64,000 bases of DNA from contig JBHGNT010000005.1 of the NCBI GenBank assembly GCA_043228905.1, positions 682,001 through 746,000 on the forward strand, read 5' to 3'. Every line of letters begins with the position of its first letter. Position 1 is the first letter of the stretch. Made by a program: the position numbers and the translations under genes. This document shows positions 48,201-61,778 of the stretch, in pieces. Below the pieces are notes generated by a model, which saw nothing but the letters and a program-made list of their open reading frames with translations, had not been told where the DNA came from and made no database searches. This DNA comes from Azolla caroliniana. Its lineage: Eukaryota > Plantae > Polypodiophyta.

Positions 48201-50505
48201 TTAGGAGACAAAGAATTTGTCTATCGTATTATGATTTCTTGAATTGGATGCAATGACTCCAAATACATTGCCAAAGATCCTTACCGGAGAAAAGAGCATG
48301 TCTGCAGTTGGTGTCATCATCTCTCCTTCATAAATAGGACGCCCCATGAATCCTTCTGCTCCCTCATATGTAGGGTCCAGGTTTAGATCAGGTGCCGCAG
48401 GGGGAGGGATGGGAGCAGGGCGTTTATAATCCGCTGGAAGGACATTAGCACTCTTCAATTTGGTCTCCCATAGCTGGTCAATTATGAGGTCATGATGTTA
48501 GCTTATATTATTATGTATACCTTCATATGACCAAACCCATAGTATATAAGAATGAAGCAAAAGAATATCTGAAAAGCGAGGAATAGAAAAGCAAAAAAAG
48601 GAGATTAAAAAAATGATCATGGAAAAGAAAAGAAAGTGAAAACATGCATACAAACATAAAAGCTATGATTGTATGTCCATGTCTTTGCAATTAATTCAGA
48701 TAATGATTTTGAGACTGACAATAATGCTAAATCCACAGGTTTTCCATTTTCACCTTGTGAAAGTCCTAGATCAAGAAGTGAAAGACCATTGAACTTTTTC
48801 TAGCAAATAAAATGAAAGACGTTATAAATATCAAGTACATAACATTGACCTTCACAAAAATGTGTTTGCCATTAGACTACTCCATGTGATGATTGTACGA
48901 CTGCTAGCACTGAATTTAACTCTAGCATCAGCCATTTAACATGCACATTAACAAGGATTCCACCAGACACTTACACCATAACTTGCAATGCTGCAAACGT
49001 ATGTGGAACCTAGGTTTCTCTCAGTATTCCAAGTGACAGCATGTTTTGCACAACTAAGTGATAGAAGTTCTATAGCTCTTTTTTCATCCCCTATATCATA
49101 TCTCTGTAGTGCAAGTTCACAAACCCAAATAATAGGTTATATCCTCTTCTATTTACTGAAAAGCAAAATATCACCTTCAAAGGGATACTAGATATGGGAA
49201 ACATCACTGCCCATGTATTGAGTTAATGCGTTCTCCTCTAGATAGTATACGTATAGTTACAGGACAAAGCAAATTATCACCTTCAGCGGACCAAACTGTG
49301 ATTAATCTTGGAAGGAAATGCTTCCCCATTTTAGTCTTGGGACGCCTATTTATGGGACCTAAACTGGCTAATTTTGGCAGGAAATGCTTCCTTGTCTTTC
49401 ACCTATTCTTACTAATTTAAAAATTTGTAAATCCAAGAAGAATGTTGCCAATTTTGTGACAATTCAAAAATATACATCAGGGATCAGTATAGAGAGAAAG
49501 GCAGAAGGTCGGTCAAGAAGTTCTTTGGTGATAGATGTCACGTTTTCATTTGATTAGGGTTTTTTTCCCATTGCAGACATAAATTTGCATGTGATTTTTC
49601 CATTACTGACACAAATTGTCCATTTCATCAGGGTTTCTTCCCATTAAATACACATGTTAAATTCATGAGGATTTATTCCTATTACAGATAAAAGGGTCCA
49701 TTTCATTAGGAATTCATTACAGTCGCGAATTTATATTTCGTCAGGGGTTTCTTACCCTAAGACACAACTTATTCATTTCATCCTATTGCAGAAATAATGT
49801 GTCCACTTCATTAAGGTCTTCCCATTAAATATGCAATTTTCCATCTACGACCAGGTATTACATCATTATATACATAGGTTCTCAGTGGATTAGGGTTTTC
49901 TTCCTTAGACACAATGTTTTCATTTCATTGATGTTTCTTTGTTATAGACACAAATAAGATTTTTTACACAAAGTTTTTATCCATGATAGAGACAAATTAG
50001 AGCTCTTCATTTCATTAGAACTTTCTCCCACTACAGATACAAATTAGGGTTTTCACACAAATTTTCCATTCCATTTTTGTTTTCATCGAATTGTTACAGA
50101 AATTAGGGGTTTCTTTACTTAGGTGTTTGCCATTAAGGATACAAAGATTTTACATCGTGTAGGGTCCCTCCCCATTCTAGACACGCAAATTCTAAATTTT
50201 GAAGGTCGGGAAGCACAATAGATGTTCCACAATTAGAAGGCAAGCAATAAATTATCATGAAGGAAGAAAGAAAGAAGACAAGGAAAAGAACATACAGATT
50301 GAAGCTCTTCGAGGACAGTCTCATCGAGACCTTCAGCTTCGAAATCTACACGGACATTTTGCATCACGTTCTGCACGACATGGCTATAGAACGCAGTGAC
50401 GCTGTTGTTACCACTACTATTATTAGTGGCAGTAGTGGTGGGAGGAGGGGCAGGGGCAGGGGCAGGGGCAGGGGCAGGGGCAGGGGCAGCAGTAGTAGAA
50501 GCCAT
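45265..50505 (-). CDS. TFIIA-L: Transcription initiation factor IIA large subunit (alpha/beta), about 413 aa, 11 exons
   Basis: Exons 50505-50296, 48473-48285, 47787-47623, 46905-46854, 46758-46697, 46593-46486 (donor uncertain), 46392-46273, 46178-46139, 46044-45860, 45683-45600, 45291-45265. N-terminal YSHVVQNVMQNVRVDF..EGLDETVLEELQSLWETKL. Acidic tract, then C-terminal LVLAQFEKVTKVKGKWKCILKDGIMCLNNKDFLFSKANGEFDFF. Confidence 0.93.
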
Positions 50506-50800
50506 GGCCCGATGGGTGAGATCAGATCTACAGAGAGAAGCAAAACAATACTCTTTTCTTGTCACTTTCTTTCGGAAGAAACAAAAACAAGAAAAAAACT
50601 CTTAATCTGGTTGCTTTGCTGTCCTTCCCTTTCCTAGCTATGGTGTAGCAGAGCACCACTCTGTTTCCTTCTTCTTCTTCTGAGTGAGAGGGTGCCAGTG
50701 GACCTCACCTGCACTAACACACACATAGCTCCACATTTATTTATCTTATAGACACACACAGAGGAGGCAGGAGGGGGAGAGGGCAGAGATACCTATATAC

Positions 50801-50833
<33 letters not shown>

Positions 50834-52278
50834 TAGACATATGTGTGAGAGTGTGTCTTCATGTGTTTTTTCTCTTCTCTTTTCATTATGTATATCTACA
50901 GATATATGTATGTATCTCCATTGGATTTGAGACACATACACTCCCACCCTCTCAAACTCCATGCTTTTCTTGTTTTCTTCTGGCATCTCTCTCTCTCTCC
51001 ACCCCCCCAACCCACCATCCATGATCATCCCATCAGACCTTCAATGGCATCTCAAGAGCGATTTTACCGTATGACTCGCTTTTCCGACAACAGAATATGC
51101 TTTTACATAGGATTGGTCCGGAGGGGAGGGGTAAGTAACGTTACGAATCACGATGTTATTATATCGAGTAGACAATATGAAAGGATTATTTACCTAGGTC
51201 TCTAGTATATTGAGCAGTATTAGTCCATGCCCTTCTTTTTTCGTTTTTATTTCCCATTTATGCAATTTCCACTCTAGGATGTGCATGTATAAGGCACTCG
51301 TATTTTCTCTAATGCGAAGGTGTTAATCGTTTTGGCATGCAACACATTGGTCGTGAAGAAGAGTGCACCGGCTAACTAAGTAGATATATAAAAAGGGAGT
51401 AGAACTAGCCAAATAGGGGGGGGGGCAAGCCAATGGGCATTCTAGTGTGAAACTACCACACTTATGATGTAAAAGCTATAAATGCCACCTTGTGGTGTCT
51501 TTTTAGATTGGGCTCATTCTTAATAATCCTAGAGATTAAAGCTTGAAGCCTCCTCTCTGCCTCCTCCTTTGTAAACAAGAGCTCAAGAGAGAATAACGTA
51601 CTTTGTTTAAGAGAATCATATATATTTACGTGTGTTAGCAGCTCGGAGGTATTTGACATCTATTGTCACCTGGTTCACCACCAATAGGATATACATTGGT
51701 CCAATCCCCGAGAAAACGACATCAATAGGATGAAGAACTCCATCGATTGATAGAAGTGCTTTCGTGAGGCACATGGAATCGACACAAAAGGTCACGCCTG
51801 TCTATTGGCAAAAAACTTAGACTATGGAGGGATAAAGGCTACATATCTTACTCTAGACATTGGTCCTTTTTCAACCCAACCCATGTCGTCCTCTTATGCT
51901 CCATCACCATCACTTTGGATCAACCGACGATTTTCATCAAGGTTCCTATGCTCCTGCACAATATATGTATGCCTTCAAACCTAAACTTCTCGTTCAACCT
52001 TCAAAAGTATTGGGAGTCAAACTTTACATTAGTAAGCCATATGCAACAACAATTGCATATCACTTATTTCTTCCATGACTCCTTACCCCATTGACAACAT
52101 ATCGAGGGGTCACTGTGGAACATGCACAAGAATGCCAAAAGACAATGGAGACCATGGGTACCCATATATAAGGCACATAGACCATGTTATCGTTGCTCGC
52201 ATATCCAATATTTGTGGCACATGGCCATCAATTGTTGATGGATTTATAGGTAAAGAACAACTTTGTTGGATCCTTTAA

Positions 52279-52485
52279 TTGTTACAAAGCCTTATTCGTA
52301 TCCAAGGTTTATGCACAAACCCACAACGTCAACTATAATGAGACCTTTTCCCTTGTTGCAAAAATGACAACCACATGGACCATACTAGCACTCATTGCAA
52401 AAAATGGGTGGCATATTCGTCAAATGGCAATCAATAATGCCTTCCTCCAAGCAGAGCTTAAAGAAGAGATACATCTTAATCAACT
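52279..52485 (+). mobile_element. Decayed Ty1/Copia reverse-transcriptase fragment
   Basis: Reads NVNYNETFSLVAKMTTTWTILALIAKNGWHIRQMAINNAFLQAELKEEIHLNQ, a degenerate form of the Copia DY.ETFSPVAK...W.L.QMDV.NAFL.G.L.EE motif. Confidence 0.75.
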
Positions 52486-54038
52486 TTTCCCAAAGCGATC
52501 ATCACGACATGTACCTTGGAGTGTTGCACTTCCAAGGATCATTACTGACTCCCAAGGGGTCACCTTCGTCTCGGTGGGATAACTAAGGGATTGGGAGACG
52601 TCATTCCCCAATGGCAAAGATTGTCATACATCAACACATAAAAGCACTAATCGCTCTATTGGTCCGTACAATCACAAAAACACTACATGCTTATTAACTT
52701 AATTAAAATTTAACATGCACCTTACACTAAGTAAGAAATATGGTAGTCTCAATTAAATAGATAATTACTATGACAAACGTAGGAGGTGTCTCGATTTAAT
52801 AAATAATATGAAATAAGAAACATGTATATCTCCATGAATTATGTGGGAAAGTTACATAGATGAAAGTAGCTCTTAGTGGATGTCAATGGGAGAGAGAGAA
52901 CAAGGACCAAATAGTAGCCCCAGATTCACGACACCCAAAGGCCCTTTTTACATAAGAGCTATTGTCACATTTATAAAAGTTGGAAACCCTAAAGTGTCTG
53001 TTTCACATTATATGCCAATATTAAAGGGATAGTCCTTTACGAATTACATGTGCCCGTGTTTCTTACCTATGTCTGGGCTATGAGTAATATACTTTAGCTT
53101 AAAAAGCTAAGCCTCATAAGCTTGTTAAAACTAAAGATACACATTATTTTCCTTAACATTGCCTACAACAACGACATGGATTCAAGTTGGAATCCCACAT
53201 GGATAATATGTTGACATGAGAAGGCATTGTAAGGAGGCGAACGAGTATTGTGAGTGTGGCAATTGAAGAACATGCCATATTTGCATAACATTAATTTTAG
53301 ATGTCTGGGTCAAACAACTATATCCACTTGTGATTAACTAATTCTCATGGTATAACATTTATGATCACGTATATTGTGAATCTACTAATCCTTCCATCAA
53401 GAATTTGAAGTCTCTACTTCCATTGCATTTGGAATGAAGGATACAGAAAAACTTGACTACTGCTTTGGAATCCATTGTTTATATATTTCACAAAATCTTG
53501 ATATGCCAATGGCACTAGATTGTGAACTTGATCTTCAAACAAGGCATGGAATGTTGCAAGTCAATCATAAGCCCACTTGATCGAATCACAAGATGCAAAC
53601 TTACACCCATTCTATCATTGGCATAGTACGGGCAAATAATTAGTAGGTTGGTGCTTAATGACCTAGCATGTTGACCTTATCTATACGATCAAACTTCTTA
53701 TCTAGTTCGTGCAAGAATCATGTAATGTGTATGCTAAGTGAGCAATGTGTGTGAATGAATTCATGGACCATGTCATCTTTTGAAAGTAGCAAATTTAGTC
53801 CCTCTTGAAGGCTATACAGAATGCTACATTGATTGGTCGATAGGGGGAAACATTACTTTGTTTGCTCACCATGTGGGGTGGCACCCATAAGTTAACGCCC
53901 TCCATGCCTAAGCAAATCTAGCATCTAACATCCAAACTCCCACCGTTCTATTGATCCTTTTATCTTTGATATCTGGCACGACGAATTTGGTCTTGAGAGG
54001 AGAGAACTCGAGTTCTCTCTCTCTCTCTCTCTTTCACA

Positions 54039-54072
<34 letters not shown>

Positions 54073-54390
54073 CTCTCTCTCTCTCTACAATATCCCTTTA
54101 ATATTGTACAATAAACTTGTTTGAGAACACGAGGACATGGTTTTCATATGGGGGTCACAGCGTGTCGTTACTAGGACATTGATCTACATACTACCACAAA
54201 ACAACAATGTACATATGTAGATGCTGAGATGCAAGTTAAGTCAACTGAAGTCTAGTTACCCAGATCCAGGACTGTAGCTTTCTAGCGATTCGGGTGTCCA
54301 AACCATTATATAGAATTTAACGAGTTAATATATATATATATGTATGTATGTATATGTACATATATGATATACATACATATACATATAAAT

Positions 54391-54428
<38 letters not shown>

Positions 54429-54429
54429 A

Positions 54430-54597
54430 TAAAAAGTCTAGGAGACCGATAAACAGAAAGGTCTGCGCTTCCTCGATACAGATCTTTGTCGCCCATCTTT
54501 GCAAAGCGCCCAGAAGGACGAACCCTGAGCTCGATTTTACCTCAAGCTTTCATCTTCTCCTTCTTCAAAGTCTGATAATCAGAGCACACTCATTAGG
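54430..54597 (+). promoter_or_regulatory. Probable promoter and untranslated first exon of the phosphoglycerate-mutase-like gene
   Basis: TATAAAT at ~54424, a CT-rich leader-like sequence and a strong donor AG|GTACGT at 54597/8. The acceptor TCTTCTTTTAAG| at 58136 lies 2 nt before the ATG. Inference only. Confidence 0.5.
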
Positions 54598-55714
54598 TAC
54601 GTCTTTCTTCCTTATAGGTGTTCACATAAATGGATGGATTCTATTTATAATCAAAATATCTCACATACCCATTTGTTCTGTTTCTTTTGACATATTTTCG
54701 AGGAAAATATAGGGTTTTATACTAATTGTACATAAAATTGACCATATAATTGCTCCAATACCACATGTAAATTGCTCTTTGGGGGATTGACCAAGGGCAT
54801 ATTTGGGAGGCAACAAAACCTTGGGGCATTTGGGGAAGATTGTATTTTGGGAGTATTCCCATCTGGCACAACACTCTACTCATATGGCTTTTTGACTTCT
54901 AAGACACTTACAAATTTGTGGGTTCTGTTCAGGCTATCCATATGATTTTCTGACCTCTAAGACACTTACAAATTTTCGGAGCACAGCTTATTTACCCATC
55001 TGTTTTTATTCCGAACAGTATAGATTTATTCATCACCTAACAATGTTAAGTGGGCAAACGAAGGTATGAGAAAAATAATTGTAGAAACATATCATCATCA
55101 TCATCACGAAGTCAAGCTTTGCGTCTTTGGTTACAGGAACAATTACAAACATGAACATTAGGGGTCACTAATTGCGAGTTGTGGAACATTACAAACTTGA
55201 AGATTAAGGTTTGGAAGGTTTTTTTCCTCATCTCATTTGCTCGCGTAGGTAGTTGGGGGGGGGCGTACGAATAGCTCATCATTAGCTTCACTCAGTGTTC
55301 TAATCCCGGGCAATGGGGCCAAAGATGCAACATCTTCCTGTGTCCTTACTCAAAACTACTTATTTGGGTGTTTTTCTTGAGAACCACCTTGAGGTCTGTA
55401 TGTGGTACAGACTAACATCTACTCTCTTGTTGATAAGATGGGTAAGAGTGATTGTCAATCACTTCTGAGCTACTTATGCGCAGATTAACTACTAAAGGGA
55501 ACTCTAATACTAGTCCATGACTTAAACACTTACACAAGATTAAGTAAACACTTAAATTCATGTGAGACTTTTCCAAGGTGCGAGCACTTCATAGGAGAGA
55601 GACAAGCCGAGAAATCATCAACATGGTTTAGCTTCCACCAATCCACACTTACTATAATTACAAGTTATGATGATTACAAAGATTAAGCTTATAATTTATA
55701 ATCTAAGATATGGT

Positions 55715-55780
<66 letters not shown>

Positions 55781-55814
55781 AGGGAGGGAGGGAGAGAGAA
55801 AAGAAGAAAGACAG

Positions 55815-56062
55815 AAAGAAATATTAACGTCTTTTTAGAGGCCAAAATGGCCAATAAGACCAAACAAGAGATTACATCTTAAGCGTTGTCCTGGATTTGA
55901 GAACAACAAATCAAAATAAAATAAGTATTACTCAGTAAATATAAAAGTAAATAAGATAAAATAAGTATTACACAGTAAATATAAAAGTAAATAAGATAAA
56001 ATAAGTATTACTCACTAAATATAAAAGTAAATAAGATAAAAACAGACGAGGGAATCTGGTTT
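55815..56062 (-). mobile_element. Short LINE-derived/SINE-like 3' fragment between two (AG)n tracts, containing a 40-bp unit x3 (55919-56040)
   Basis: The minus strand ends GGCCATTTTGGCCTCTAAAAAGACGTTAATA plus a tail. Homologous to 59705-59800 and 61505-61655. Confidence 0.65.
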
Positions 56063-56063
56063 C

Positions 56064-56094
<31 letters not shown>

Positions 56095-56229
56095 AGCTTT
56101 AGCTCTAGGAGATATATCAAATGAGAAAGAACCTTCACAAAAGGTTTATAATTTTACCTTTATAGTTCTTCCTTATTGATTAATATTACAATTGTGTCCC
56201 TTTTACACTTGGGAGAGTATAAAGCTTTA

Positions 56230-57465
56230 TACATAATACCAAATACTTGTATGCTTTTCTGAGCACATCACATTTGGCATACATGTTCACCAATGCAGTT
56301 CCAAGTGGAACTTCTATTCCCAACAAATCTTGTTTCTTAACCTCCTCATGTATCTCTTCTCTCATCCCAAGGCATCCTATGCTACCACAGGCTTTCAGGA
56401 TGCCAATATATGTAACTGCATCCGGAATAATGCCCTCTTCTCGCATGCTTATGAAGCAATTTAGAGCTTCATCACGAAGCCCTTGCTGTGAATAATCTGA
56501 AATAAGCACACTCCATGAGGTGACATCTTGACTTTGAATTGCATTGAATACTTCTGTGCTTTTTCGAATCTATTGCATTTGACATACATCTGCACCAATG
56601 CAGTGCAAAGAATGATGTTCTTTCTAAGTAACACTTTCGTTGCAGACCTCTATGTGTATTTCCGCTTCTCAGTTAACCAATCCTATGCGACTACAAGCTT
56701 TTAAAATGCAAACACAGGTGACTGCATCAGGTGATAGGCCATCACATTGCATTTATGAAGCACTCTAGAGTCTCATTAGCAAAACCTTGTTGGGTATACC
56801 CACCGATTAGTGCATTCCAAGCCACAACATCATGTAAAGAGAGCTCATCAAAACTTCTTGTGCTCTATTTAGCATGTTACATTTAGCATACATGTCTACA
56901 AATGTAGTGCCAAGGATGGTATTTTTAATTTTTTAGTAATGATTGTTTGTCACTGAACTATGTATCTTATTTCCTATCTCAAATCGATCCAACATTTCTG
57001 CAAGTCTTCAAAACACGAACAAAGTAACTGCACTTGGTGTATGCCATCATCACACATCTGTTTGAAGCAATCCATAGCTTTGTAACTATGTCCTTCATAA
57101 CATAACCAGAGATGAGGGCATTCCAAGATACAACATTTTGTATCATAAACCTCATCGAAAGTTTTTTCTCTTCTGTAATTCCACTGCACATAACGTAAAG
57201 ACTAACTAAAGCATTGTTGATGCAAGCATCCTTTGGAAATGCATTTTCTCGGACAATTTCAGCATGCAATGTTTGAGCTTCATTGAGATCTTTTCTTTTA
57301 CCACATACTTTTATCACTTCCAACAAAGCATTTTGATCATGAAAATCATTGTAAGGAAGATTTCTTGATAATATTTCCTCAATATTTGTTCTTGCATATG
57401 AACCAAGAGATGCTTTACCTGATAACTTCACAATGAACTCAACAAGGATTCATCACACTCCCCAT
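56230..57465 (-). pseudogene. PLS-class pentatricopeptide-repeat (PPR) pseudogene
   Basis: PPR motifs in shifting frames (NNALVSLYVMC, NVVSWNALISGY, DVVAWNALIGGYTQQG, PDAVTYIGILKACG, GTALVNMYAKC) with several frameshifts and stops, no introns, and a C-terminal truncation. Confidence 0.85.
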
Positions 57466-58138
57466 TTAAAAAAATGGTGCAATTATCTCTTTGGAGTTGA
57501 AAACTCAGCTGTTATATATGAACTATACTAACTTCCTCCTTTTGAAGAATATTGTTTTAGTGTATTTCTTACCTTATAGAAAGAAAGACTGAAAATTTAT
57601 CCTCCTGTTCTTTTATTATGAGATTTAAGTGTTCAAGCACACACTCAGAATTCCTCCCGAAGGACAAAATATATATGCTTGATCTTATGATTTACTTTGA
57701 TAAGATCAAGGAAATCGCAAAGCCAAGAAAGCACAAAACAATGCCTATATTGACTATATAAGGTTCCATCAAGGTTTTAAATGTGGGCTGCAGCTGAAGG
57801 AAAATCCCCAAATATAAAACAGAGCTTATGTTAGTTGTACATAAAGTTCCTGAAGATTGCAAATGGGGCCTAATGCTGAGGAGAAACATTAAGGCTAAAG
57901 AATGTACAAACGGTGTCTTATATTGATTTTACATAAGTCATAAAGTCCATCACAATCACCATGTGACCTAATTTCTAATCATAAAAAGACATGAAAAAAA
58001 TAAATCAAGGTGGCTGTGAGCCATGCATAAGAAAGTTTTAGTGTATGACGTAATAGTTTGTGTATCTATTTCTCACTAATTTTTCTTTGGTCTCTAAGCA
58101 TGTAATTTCTAATACAATCTTTATTCTTCTTTTAAGGA

Positions 58139-61100
58139 ATGGCTTATGCAGTTCCCAATAACATCTCTCTGCATTCTCTCAGAAATTGTAAAATAGTACA
58201 TCTGGTATTCGATTCTGTCTATTTTCTCCCTGTAGCATTATTTGACAAGGTATGATGAAGTAAATAGATTTTTCTACTGTGATTCAGGTTAGGCATGCAC
58301 AAGGTTATCACAATGTTGCCGGCGATATAGATTATAATGCTTACATGTGCTATGACTATGTAGATGCTGCTCTCACACCATTAGGATGGAAACAGGTAAT
58401 TCCAATACTATGCTTAGTGTAAACCCCCTCGTGAATTGCTATTTAAGATTTTTCATCTAAACCACTCATTAAATGCTATCCTTCTGCCTGTAAGCGATGG
58501 ATAAAAAAAGTTCTTGCTTGCATAAGTTGATATGCTGAAAGTTTATTTAGAAAACTCCTTACGTGCTGATTTTTTATGAAGAAAATGCACCACACCCTTT
58601 TCAAATCGATCTGCTGATTGTAAATCATTCTTTTGTAAAAGGACTGGAAAACTATGTCAGAAGCATTCGAGGCATATTTGAAAAAATTCTTCATCTTCAG
58701 GTTCTTCATAAATAAAATGAACCTTTATCTTGTTTTGATCGTTTGATATCCCCTTTAAATGTTATCATTCTGAATGTCAATATGTGTAAAAAGAAGGATT
58801 GCCCTGAAGCCCAGAGCTTACCATTTCTATGTTCGTATTTCGTATTCATCTCTTGTTGATCAGGAACTGTAATGAGGCTTGAATCTGACTTCTTGAAAGT
58901 TTGATGGAAAATCTCTAACATTTGCAGGTAGATCACCTGCATAGCCATTTGGAGAGTATTGACCTCATCAACAAAGTGGATCTAGTTGTTACCTCTCCAA
59001 TGATGAGGTAAATATGTGAATCAGTTGGGATTTAATATATGTAGATTTTTAAAAGATTTCACTGTGGCATATTTTTATTTCGCAGGACTATGCAGACTGC
59101 AGTGGGTGCTTTTGGTGGAAATCTATATAGTGAGGATAACCTAACCTCTCCGCTGATGGTAGAAAATGGTGGTGGAAGTACAAGGCCTGGGATTTCTTTC
59201 TCGGGTTCTCCGCCTTTCTTGGCAGTGGAGCTATGCAGGGAGCATTTGGTAAGGTTTTTGATATGCCCCCAGTTAATAGTATGTTGCATTAGATACTGTG
59301 GAACATTTCTTTTTTAAGCTTGCAATGGACTGCTTGCAGTTATTTAAGTATGGTTAGTGCAATGCATAGTTGTTAAAAAACGTGTATTCTACGTTTTAGA
59401 ATACTCTGAAGATTCTACACATATTCTACGTTTTAGAACTGCCGTTTTTCAAATTTTCACGTATTCTATGTATTCTACGTACTTAACAAGTATTTATCAT
59501 TTCAAAAAAGTTTAAAATTTAAGAAGTATTTAATGTATTTTACAAGTATCCTACACGTATTCTAAGTATTTAATGTATTTTATCTATAAAATACATATTC
59601 TACGTATTTAAAAAAAAGTTAGAATACTTAGCATACGTATTCTACATGTATTGTATGCTAAGTATTCTACAACAATGGCGCAATGTATTATTAGCTTACA
59701 GCCTTGGTGGTTTGTTCTAAAAAATGAGACAACATTTTAAGATGTATTCTCTTGTTTGGTCTAGGCCATTTTGGCCTCGTAAAAGACGTTAATATATATC
59801 TTTAATTTTGATATAGGCGCCACAATATCACAGACTTGTGAGTTCCTCTTCAGTTATTTTTTCCCTTTCAATAAAGCTCATTAGTTGCTTCAATTATAGT
59901 CATTTATTGATGTTTAGGATGAGTTCGTCCATATTGTCTGACCTGCATATTTAATTATACATTTATATTACTTGTGCTGTAACAAACTTACCAAAGATCC
60001 CTAAATGGCTGCTCAGTGGTTAAGGAGGAATGGAAGTAAAAATATCGTGATGATAATTAATCAACTAAGGGAGAATAGACATTCTTTTAACACCTTAAAG
60101 CATGTAAAGATAAAGATACTGCAGTGAAAGCTTGGAAGTATAATATAAATAAGTTGTAGGCAGCTTGATCATTTGAAATAACGTACAATGAAAAACCGTG
60201 AAAAGGATAATGTGTTGATCAGAGGATTGTATCTATTGAGTCAACAGATAGAAAGAACGTTTCTGAACTTCTATGCAGAGAAATGAGGGTGCAAATAACA
60301 AGTCACTCAGTCACTCATCTCACACACATTTCAAAAGAAATTGGATGAAGCCGAACTTTGAAATAATGAAGCGCATGAGAGGATAACATGCCATTGACAA
60401 CTGCATGTGAAGATCCTTCTGTTTTGTTTGAATTATGATTTATGGAAAGTCATCAGCATAGTTGAACATTAATGCATTCAATTGTGTAAAATGTTTCTTT
60501 TTTGAAAAATCACAGCATGCAATGCTTGATTTTGATTGAGAAATGCTGAAGCAAAGACCTAATCATTAGTATAAAGGCTGGTGATTTTCTTTCATATACT
60601 TTGGGTTTAAAATCCTATGAAGAAAATTCCGATATTTGTTCTCATCATAAAACAATATTTTTTAATTTTATTACTCAGGGAGTGCACCCTTGTGACAAGC
60701 GGCAGTCCATCACCACTTACCAAAAAGTTTTCCCTGGCATTGATTTTTCAGAGGTACATACTTTCATACTGTCTCTCCATTTACTTATTGGCAATGAGAT
60801 TGAGTGTTGGATACTATATTAAATTATATATATTCTGAATTTTTTTGTGATTAAAACCCATATACCAGATAGAGAGTGATGAGGATATCTTATGGACATC
60901 TGATGTACGTGAGGCAGATACAGAACTTATACAACGAGGCAGAAGGTTCCTTGAATGGTATGTTGTATCATTGAACTAAGAATAACCCAGAATAGCCATC
61001 AATTTGAGTAAATGGAGATGCACTACAACCTTGGTCATTGACACATCCACAGGCTCTCCAAAAGAAAAGAGAGAGAGATCGCAGTGGTGTCTCACAGTGG

Positions 61101-61505
61101 TTTCCTCTCCCATATGTTGAGTGTTTTTGGCGAAGGATGCTCACCAACTATTCAAAAGCAATTGAGGAAAGGGTAAAGCTGATTTTTGATATATCTGCAT
61201 TTGATGTCATATTTATGGCTTTGTCTAATTTGTACTTAACCCAAAACTACACTTATACAATGGAAGTACGTATATATTTCTCTGACTCTTTCAGATTCAA
61301 AAATTGTGAGATGCGCACCATTGTCCTTGTTAATCAAAGGTAAGAATCCAAGTCTTTTTAGGTCATGGTATGTGGTCATATATTTGGTTTGTTGGAAACT
61401 TTATGCTTTGTACACCTTGTCATTGTTGTTCGTACCACATTCCTCCAAGAGTCTCTTAGATATTATTACTATCCTGTTATTTATGATTTTACTAGAAAGA
61501 AAGAA

Positions 61506-61554
<49 letters not shown>

Positions 61555-61778
61555 CGTCTTTTAAGAGGTCAAAATGTCCTATAAGACCAAACAAGACATT
61601 ACATCTTAAAATGTTGTCTCGTCTTTAAGAAACAACAAACCAAAATAAATAAATGTAACGAAACAAAAAAACAATTGCAATAGACTAAGACATGACTAAA
61701 GAATCTCATCATCTATATATGTAATATTCTCAAATCAGATATATTATGCTTTTTGTCTTCGAAAGATCCCTAGCATAG
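58139..61778 (+). CDS. Phosphoglycerate-mutase-like protein (histidine phosphatase superfamily), about 250 aa, 9 coding exons
   Basis: Exons 58139-58204, 58288-58395, 58928-59007, 59086-59248, 60679-60753, 60869-60957, 61053-61172, 61295-61339 and 61766-61778 (last exon tentative). Motifs: KIVHLVRHAQGYHN, DAALTPLGWKQ, VTSPMMRTMQTA, CREHLGVHPCDKR, IAVVSHSGFL, FKNCEMR. Confidence 0.92.
59365..59677. mobile_element. hAT-type MITE (family 2) in an intron of the PGM-like gene
   Basis: TIR CATAGTTGT...ACAACAATG. 8-bp TSD GTGCAATG/GCGCAATG. Repeated GTATTCTAC. Homologous to 34575-34923. Confidence 0.8.
59705..59800 (+). mobile_element. Short LINE-derived/SINE-like 3' fragment
   Basis: GAGACAACATTTTAAGATGTA..CTTGTTTGGTCTAGGCCATTTTGGCCTCGTAAAAGACGTTAATATATAT, shared with the 55815 and 61505 copies. 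Confidence 0.65.
61505..61655 (-). mobile_element. Short LINE-derived/SINE-like 3' fragment with (AT)n tail
   Basis: Minus strand GAGACAACATTTTAAGATGTAATGTCTTGTTTGGTCTTATAGGACATTTTGACCTCTTAAAAGACGTTAA(TA)n. Confidence 0.65.

Noticed and set aside
54001-54430. Perfect palindromes AGAGAACTCGAGTTCTCT (~54001-54018) and ATTTATAA(TA)nTTATAAAT (~54389-54430)
   Set aside because: Explained by adjacent microsatellites. Too short or low-complexity for a miRNA precursor.
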